Positions 1 through 5,204 of a stretch of 11,417 bases of DNA are shown here, in pieces. The translations under genes and the position numbers were made by a program. The stretch covers positions 1-11,417 of the forward strand of contig JBHLON010000068.1 of NCBI GenBank assembly GCA_048940445.1, given 5' to 3'. The stretch's first letter is position 1; each line of letters starts with the position of its first letter. Under the pieces are notes generated by a model. The model ran no database searches. It had not been told where the DNA came from and worked only from the letters and a program-made list of their open reading frames with translations. Origin of the DNA: Promethearchaeota archaeon (GTDB lineage Archaea > Asgardarchaeota > Lokiarchaeia > Sigyniarchaeales > SOKP01).

Positions 1-435
1 TGCAAGATTAAATGCAATTTGAAATTCATTCTCCTTCCAAACTAAATCTGCTGCTGCTATACTCGCTCCACAAACCAGTGCCGATGCCTCATACATTCCT
101 TTGAAAATAGGATTATCTCCAGGACCTAATCCATATGCATATGCTTCTCTTAATAAAGTGTTATCCCCATGAGCAAGCCCATTTAGGTATGAATCGTCTG
201 GATTTTCACTTAATTTTAATACCGTATTAACATATTCAGGAGAGTGAACTCTTTCAATCTCCTCTTTAGTGGCAGCTCTAGGCTCTATAACTTGTAAGTT
301 TTCACTATTCAAAAGACCTAACTTTTCCATTAAACTATATGTTAGTTTAAGCCTCAATGGTCTAAGAGGATGTTGAGGACCGAAGTTATATGCTTGATAT
401 TTATCTGTGTAAATTAAGGCGACCTTTCCAACCAT
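1..435 (-). CDS. Histone deacetylase family protein (class I HDAC / AcuC-like), N-terminal 145 aa; continues beyond the left edge
   Basis: Manual translation from ATG at 435: MVGKVALIYTDKYQAYNFGPQHPLRPLRLKLTYSLMEKLGLL...PRAATKEEIERVHSPEYV...YGLGPGDNPIFKGMYEASALVCGASIAAADLVW...AFNLA. It has the HPxxPxR, AT(x)EE...H..EY and GDNPIF motifs, and breaks off just before the expected GGLHHA. No stop in 145 codons. Confidence 0.95.
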   Translation of the reverse strand, partial: MVGKVALIYTDKYQAYNFGPQHPLRPLRLKLTYSLMEKLGLLNSENLQVIEPRAATKEEIERVHSPEYVNTVLKLSENPDDSYLNGLAHGDNTLLREAYAYGLGPGDNPIFKGMYEASALVCGASIAAADLVWKENEFQIAFNLA

Positions 436-636
436 GATAATTACTAGAATATAAGATCCTATTAATTTTTTTTAGCTTTAATTTTAAGTTTCTAATACAC
501 AATTGTTTAAATGAGTAAAATTAAAAGAAAAGACCAGCATTAAGGCAAATACAAAAAATTATATTATATAAATATCATATAAAAAAATATAGTTCTTTTA
601 GAATAGATTATCGTAAACTAGTTTTTGTTAAAGATA

Positions 637-1191
637 ATGAGTCAGAGATTTAGAAAGTTTGTACTTAGAGTTGCAAAGGATAATGAATTCCAGCCAATTA
701 AAAATAAACTGTTAAATTATTTACAAAAAGAAAGTAAAAATAAATATAAAAATTATCCACGTCTATTGGAACTAATGAAATTCTATTGGCCGGAGTATAA
801 GAATGGTTCTAAAATTTCATATCTCTTAAGGGATCATTATGAGGAGATTTTTAATTTTTATTTAAATACGATATTTCCTTTTAGAAAAGGAGGATTAAAA
901 TTTAACAATTGTGAAGCTCCAACTCCAGTCGATTTCAAATTAGAGTATTATTATCGATATAATATTAAAGAAATAGAAATTATAGAAGAAGTAATGCAAG
1001 AACAAAATATTGATGGAAAAGTTGAAGGTGTTCTAAAACGACTTTTAATTTTTGCTGTCTCATCATTTAGTCCTATGGTTGAACAAATATTTGGAAGGCC
1101 ATTTGCTTTCCAGTTTTCTAGCATTGATGCGACTCAATATAATAATAACGAGTGGGAAGTTAAAGCAGTAATTTCCGCAAGAGAACAATAA
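637..1191 (+). CDS. Hypothetical protein (~184 aa), soluble alpha/beta
   Basis: Long open frame in AT-rich DNA, divergent from the deacetylase. The ORF track starts at TTG 625; ATG 637 is more likely. No family motif recognised with confidence. Confidence 0.8.
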   Translation: MSQRFRKFVLRVAKDNEFQPIKNKLLNYLQKESKNKYKNYPRLLELMKFYWPEYKNGSKISYLLRDHYEEIFNFYLNTIFPFRKGGLKFNNCEAPTPVDFKLEYYYRYNIKEIEIIEEVMQEQNIDGKVEGVLKRLLIFAVSSFSPMVEQIFGRPFAFQFSSIDATQYNNNEWEVKAVISAREQ

Positions 1192-1207
1192 TAATTTCGA
1201 AGTGAAC

Positions 1208-1636
1208 CTAGGATTTTGTCAAATAAGATCCTAGATCCATCACTTCGCCATCTCCTTTTTTTACTTGTATTTTACTTTTAATACCTTTAGCTTTTCTCTC
1301 AAGATAAATTATAATATCTAAGGGAATTCTTCTTGGAACTGAACCTCTTTGCCTTATTATTGCAATCAAGTAATCAATATTTTGAATTACATCTGGACTT
1401 ACTAATTGGTTGAAAATTTGTTGATATATCACTGGTTCGTTTTTTTTTAGATTAGTTAAGTGTAAATATGCATCAGAAGCTAAAACGGCACGTAAAATAA
1501 AATCAATTTTCTCAGAAATTGAAACTACTCTATTTTTAACTGCTTCTTCTCTCTTCTTTGCCTCCATAAGAGCTTGCATCTTTCTTAATTTAATTTTTTC
1601 TAATTCATGTTCTTCGTCATTATTATTTTCATTCAT
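1208..1636 (-). CDS. PDCD5-like (double-stranded DNA-binding domain) protein, divergent
   Basis: ELEKIKLRKMQALM...ILRAVLASDAYLHLTNLKKNEP matches the PDCD5/MTH1615 pattern (ELeeIr.rkl.eL...ilrqiL..eAreRL.ni.lvkP); basic C-terminal tail. SD-like AGGTGGG overlaps the upstream stop. Confidence 0.8.
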   Translation of the reverse strand: MNENNNDEEHELEKIKLRKMQALMEAKKREEAVKNRVVSISEKIDFILRAVLASDAYLHLTNLKKNEPVIYQQIFNQLVSPDVIQNIDYLIAIIRQRGSVPRRIPLDIIIYLERKAKGIKSKIQVKKGDGEVMDLGSYLTKS

Positions 1637-1642
1637 TTATTA

Positions 1643-1650
1643 ACCCACCT
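1643..1650 (-). promoter_or_regulatory. Ribosome-binding site of the PDCD5-like gene, overlapping the oxidoreductase stop
   Basis: Minus strand reads TAG GTGGGTTAATAA ATG; the 12-nt gap implies co-transcription. Confidence 0.55.
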
Positions 1651-2566
1651 ATATATTAACTATTTTTAAAGCGATATCTAACGCTTTAATACCATCTTCT
1701 AAATCCACAAGCAACTGTTTATCGTAAAGAAAATTAATAATCTCTCTCTTTAGTGGCTCATCTTCTCTTAAAGGAGTATATTTAATGTCTTTGGTTATCG
1801 GCCAATCACCCTGCAAATCAATTCCACTTCGAATAGTAATCTCTTGAGTTATAAAGTCAGCTATTATTCCTCCAATTTCACCATTTACATAAATTCGTCT
1901 GAATTTTGAAGGTGTAAGCCAATTAGACTCAATTTGACCTATAGCATTTCCAAAATCAAGAATTATAAAAGCTGCATCTGCGTGTTTTGTATCTTTGAAG
2001 CACTTTTTTACTCCAAAGACATTTACAATCTCTGCACCACCCATAATTTTTTCTTGAAGATAAATATCATGAATAGATAAATCAAGAATCACTCCCATAT
2101 CCCAGTTTCTTCTCGGATAGAGCCCTACTCTTTTCGAGGAAATTGAAATAATTTCACCAATTTCAGGTAAACTCTTCAATAATTTCTCAAATACAGGATT
2201 AAAGAGTTCAATAAATCCAGGCATTATTCGAATATCTTTATAGTTCCTAAAATAAGTTAAGTCATCCAAATTTAGTGCCAATGGTTTTTCCATTAATATA
2301 TCTATTCCATGGTCAGCAAATTTTCTCGCTATCTTCGGAATTTCTTTTGGAGGTGTGACTATGCTCACTGCTGCAATATCCTCGTTTTCTATCATAGTAT
2401 CAATATCAGTATAAGTATTAATGTCATCATATTCCTCTTTAATCTTATCTAATTTCTTCTGCTCACTATCACAAATTCCAACAAGATTAGAAAGATTATA
2501 AAAATTACGAACATGTGCTCTTCCGAACCAACCTGTTCCGACTACAGCAGTATTCTTTTTCTTCAT
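1649..2566 (-). CDS. Gfo/Idh/MocA family NAD(P)-dependent oxidoreductase (resembles nucleotide-sugar 3-dehydrogenases)
   Basis: Rossmann motif AVVGTGWFGRAH, EKP motif (LMEKPLA), GFIELFNP, DMGVILDLSIHDI, EPLKREI. The ORF track starts at TTG 2575; ATG 2566 is more likely. Confidence 0.93.
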   Translation of the reverse strand: MKKKNTAVVGTGWFGRAHVRNFYNLSNLVGICDSEQKKLDKIKEEYDDINTYTDIDTMIENEDIAAVSIVTPPKEIPKIARKFADHGIDILMEKPLALNLDDLTYFRNYKDIRIMPGFIELFNPVFEKLLKSLPEIGEIISISSKRVGLYPRRNWDMGVILDLSIHDIYLQEKIMGGAEIVNVFGVKKCFKDTKHADAAFIILDFGNAIGQIESNWLTPSKFRRIYVNGEIGGIIADFITQEITIRSGIDLQGDWPITKDIKYTPLREDEPLKREIINFLYDKQLLVDLEDGIKALDIALKIVNI

Positions 2567-2695
2567 TACATCCAAATAGGCTTTTTATAATTTAGTATAA
2601 TTACTTGTAAAATAAGAATTTTGTGTTGAAGAATGGCTCACATGAAAAGTTAATTGGACCTATATGAGTAAAACAAAAAAATTAACTCTTTATGT

Positions 2696-3000
2696 TTAAC
2701 TAGTTCTAAATCTTTTGATAGCAATAGCTATCATAAGTACACTTATCCAATGGAATATTAAAATTGGTATAAAGAGCACCAAATTTATTTTTCCTGTGGA
2801 ATATGTATCAAAAATAAATGATAAAATTATGAAAAATGATGATACAAAAAAAACGCTTCCAAAAAAGCCTATACAAAAACATGATGTGTGCTTTAATCCA
2901 TCCTCCATGTCTTTTCCATGAACGCAATCGATACATTCCCTTTGAAATATAAAAAGTCTTCATCTGTAATTTCTTTTCCACAATTAGAACATTGAGGCAT
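2696..3000 (-). pseudogene. Frameshifted paralogue of the 3138..3467 zinc-finger membrane protein (pseudogene or sequencing error)
   Basis: From ATG 3000: MPQCSNCGKEITDEDFLYFK. One base is then missing in the GGG at 2938-2940; restoring it gives G-ECIDCVHGKDMEDGLKHTSCFCIGFFG..., collinear with the neighbour. Span is 305 nt (3n-1). The ORF track shows only the 3' part (2696..2908). Confidence 0.88.
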
Positions 3001-3041
3001 TAAATTCCCTCATATTAAAAAGCCTTTAGTATCGATGATCT

Positions 3042-3070
3042 AATACTTTAAGATACTATTTAAATATATC
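3042..3070 (-). promoter_or_regulatory. Duplicated archaeal promoter block, copy 1 (TATA-like TTTAAATA)
   Basis: aatactttaagatactatttaaatatatc, 27/29 identical to 3477..3505; lies upstream of the paralogous gene. Confidence 0.7.
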
Positions 3071-3137
3071 TGTTACTTGATTTGTTTTTAGAAGAACAAG
3101 TAGATTTCCTCCTATTTATATAAAAGTATCTCAATAT

Positions 3138-3467
3138 CTATAATAAGGTTCTTCTATATCGAATAGTCTTATACTTTTTAATAGCAAGAACAATCATAAT
3201 AATACTTATTCCATGAAATATTGCTATACCTGAAATTTGTGAAATAGTCATTATTCGTGCCATATAAAAACTGTCAACAATAAAACAGCTAACCATTAAT
3301 GAAGATGATATAAGAAAAATTAATCCAAAAAACCCTATAAGAAAACATGATGTGAGTTTTAAGTTATACTCCACTTCTATTCCATGTACACAATCTATAC
3401 ATTCTCCGTCGAAATATAAAAAGTCCTCCTGTGAAATTTCTTGACCACAATTAGTACAATAAGGCAT
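3138..3467 (-). CDS. Small membrane protein with N-terminal C4 zinc finger (CxxC-x15-CxxC) and two TM helices
   Basis: MPYCTNCGQEISQEDFLYFDGECIDC followed by two hydrophobic segments and a basic tail; an adjacent paralogue supports coding. Confidence 0.88.
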   Translation of the reverse strand: MPYCTNCGQEISQEDFLYFDGECIDCVHGIEVEYNLKLTSCFLIGFFGLIFLISSSLMVSCFIVDSFYMARIMTISQISGIAIFHGISIIMIVLAIKKYKTIRYRRTLL

Positions 3468-3476
3468 TGATAATCA

Positions 3477-3505
3477 AATACTTTAACATGCTATTTAAAT
3501 ATATC
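3477..3505 (-). promoter_or_regulatory. Duplicated archaeal promoter block, copy 2; leaderless spacing
   Basis: aatactttaacatgctatttaaatatatc; minus-strand TTTAAATA (3499..3492) sits 25-32 nt upstream of ATG 3467. Confidence 0.7.
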
Positions 3506-3532
3506 GAACAATCGATTTAAAAGAAAAATTAG

Positions 3533-3682
3533 TCCCTCCTCCCGGATTCTCATCCTTCCTTAATAGAAACGCAATTTGAGCCGGGGACCTCACGGTGTCG
3601 GCTGACGTATTTTCATTGGTAAAAACCTTAATACGCGATTAAATCTACAGCCGCGCGCTCTAACCAACTGAGCTAAGGAGGG
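3533..3682 (-). tRNA. tRNA-Tyr(GTA) with two introns (37/38: 3597..3644, 48 nt; 59/60: 3547..3574, 28 nt); CCA not encoded
   Basis: Manual fold: acceptor CCCTCCT/AGGAGGG + A73; D arm GCTC-AGTTGGTTA-GAGC; anticodon stem CGCGG/CCGTG with loop CT-GTA-G|A; short variable loop AGGTC; T stem CCCGG/CCGGG. Spliced length is 74 nt. C1:G72, A73 and the short variable loop are archaeal/eukaryotic Tyr features. Confidence 0.95.
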
Positions 3683-3943
3683 GATAATTGTTTAATCAAT
3701 TCTATAATTGATAAATAAATGAACAAAAGAATTAATATAATTTTTACGATTTTAGCTTCGATATCACAATATTATAGCAGATTAATAATTTGTAAAAATA
3801 AAATTTTTCTTTAAAAACTTATACTATCAAATATAAAATATCATGTTTTCGTAATATTTTTTAAAGAATAGTTAAACTAAATATTTAACAAATAATTTTA
3901 TATATTTAATATTTGTACTTCAACCAAATAAAGTGTAAGTTGC

Positions 3944-4453
3944 ATGAGAGAAGAAACTGACTATGCTGAAGCATTAGAAGCCTATAAAGACGATCCATAC
4001 GTAATCATTGAACCGTGGGGTAGAAGTATTGATCACCTAAGGTTAACGATTTTAGGCAAAGATGGAACTCCATATGCCAAAGGACGTTTTGTTTTTGAAG
4101 TGAAATTCCCGGAAAATTACCCATTCCAACCTCCTTATGCATATGCTGTGACTTTAATGTGGCATCCGAATATTGATTCATCAATACCTCCGGGAAAATT
4201 AAATATTTGTTTGGATTTAATTAATCCTGACCTTGTAGGAAAGGTTGATGCGGGAACAGGAGCTTCAGGGTGGACCCCCAGTAAAACCCTTACTAACATA
4301 ATAGAAGCGTTAAAGATGATGATGCATCTTGATCCTCCGTTCTTTAATCCAGGAGATCCTCTAAATCATGAGGCAGGAGAGCAGTATTTCAGAGCTTTAA
4401 AGAAGTTTGAGGCGAAAGCAGCGGCTTGGACCAAGAAATACGCTATGGACTAA
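3944..4453 (+). CDS. Ubiquitin-conjugating enzyme E2 (UBC fold), catalytically intact
   Basis: G-x-x-GTPYxxGxF, FPENYPFQPP, WHPNI (H74-P75-N76), catalytic ICLD (C89, codon 4208-4210), WTPSKTL, NPGDPLNHEA, C-terminal AAAWTKKYA. Confidence 0.97.
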   Translation: MREETDYAEALEAYKDDPYVIIEPWGRSIDHLRLTILGKDGTPYAKGRFVFEVKFPENYPFQPPYAYAVTLMWHPNIDSSIPPGKLNICLDLINPDLVGKVDAGTGASGWTPSKTLTNIIEALKMMMHLDPPFFNPGDPLNHEAGEQYFRALKKFEAKAAAWTKKYAMD

Positions 4454-4464
4454 GGAGACTTAAG

Positions 4465-4491
4465 TTTTTATTATTTTCTATTTTTATTTTT
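4465..4491 (+). terminator. Putative oligo-T terminator after E2
   Basis: Several T4-T5 runs (tttttattattttctatttttattttt) begin 12 nt after the stop. Confidence 0.45.
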
Positions 4492-4693
4492 AAAAAAAAC
4501 TAAAATTAACTTTAGTAGTTTAGATAGTGTTTAGAAGAATCCTTTGGTTATTTTTCTTCTTAAGAAATTTGAACGGATATAGAAACAAAATCAGTAAGAA
4601 TTCTATATTTGCATTGATAATCTTATTTAGTATTATCACTCCATGTTAAAATAATTAATACGATAGCTATAGTATGTAATATTGAATATTAGG

Positions 4694-4752
4694 TAAAGCT
4701 TATAAGAATACTTCAGTTATTTTTATACAAAAATTGTAAAAAAAAGGGTGAT
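4694..4752 (+). promoter_or_regulatory. BRE/TATA-like element (aaagCTTATAag) and GGTGAT ribosome-binding site for 4762..5076
   Basis: taaagcttataag at 4694-4706; GGTGAT at 4747-4752, 9 nt before ATG 4762. Confidence 0.55.
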
Positions 4753-4761
4753 TTTAATAAG

Positions 4762-5076
4762 ATGAGCATTGAGGATCTTGATGAGTTAATTGATCAGAAA
4801 TTGATATTAATAAAACATAAATATAATTTTCTAAAAAAATTCTCTTTCTCTCTATTTATTCTGTCTGGAATTATTAACTTATTAAGTACAATCACTGCAA
4901 TAATAATATATTCTAATCCGATCTATCCTAGCTGTTTCTATATTGCTGGCTTTCACTGTGAACCTCACTATATAGCTAATTATCCTAGCACGATTTTTCC
5001 ATTGATGATTGTTTTAAGTTTCATTTTTCTTTTTAGTGGTATATTATTATACAAATACACTGAAAAATTTCTTTAA
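4762..5076 (+). CDS. Hypothetical 2-TM membrane protein
   Basis: Good SD; two hydrophobic helices flanking a Pro/Tyr-rich loop with two Cys (PSCFYIAGFHCEP). Confidence 0.8.
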   Translation: MSIEDLDELIDQKLILIKHKYNFLKKFSFSLFILSGIINLLSTITAIIIYSNPIYPSCFYIAGFHCEPHYIANYPSTIFPLMIVLSFIFLFSGILLYKYTEKFL

Positions 5077-5204
5077 TCAATTTGGATCAAGTTTCTACAC
5101 TAATATTAAGTAAATTCTGGAGCTTATTTTATAGTTTTAATATATTTTTTAAATACTCAGAGCTATAAAGAATCCAAGTATTACAAAAAGATAAAGTAAT
5201 AACT

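Noticed and set aside
2715-2921. 68-aa plus-strand ORF
   Set aside because: Antisense shadow of the zinc-finger membrane paralogue, which has homology support.
2930-2960. Programmed -1 frameshift rescuing the broken paralogue
   Set aside because: The AAAGGGA run is not in the X_XXY_YYZ phase (frame reads TTC AAA GGG), and no stimulatory structure is evident. A deletion or homopolymer error is simpler.
2696-3533. Integrated mobile element at tRNA-Tyr
   Set aside because: No integrase, transposase or long att repeat; only the short degenerate match reported as a finding.
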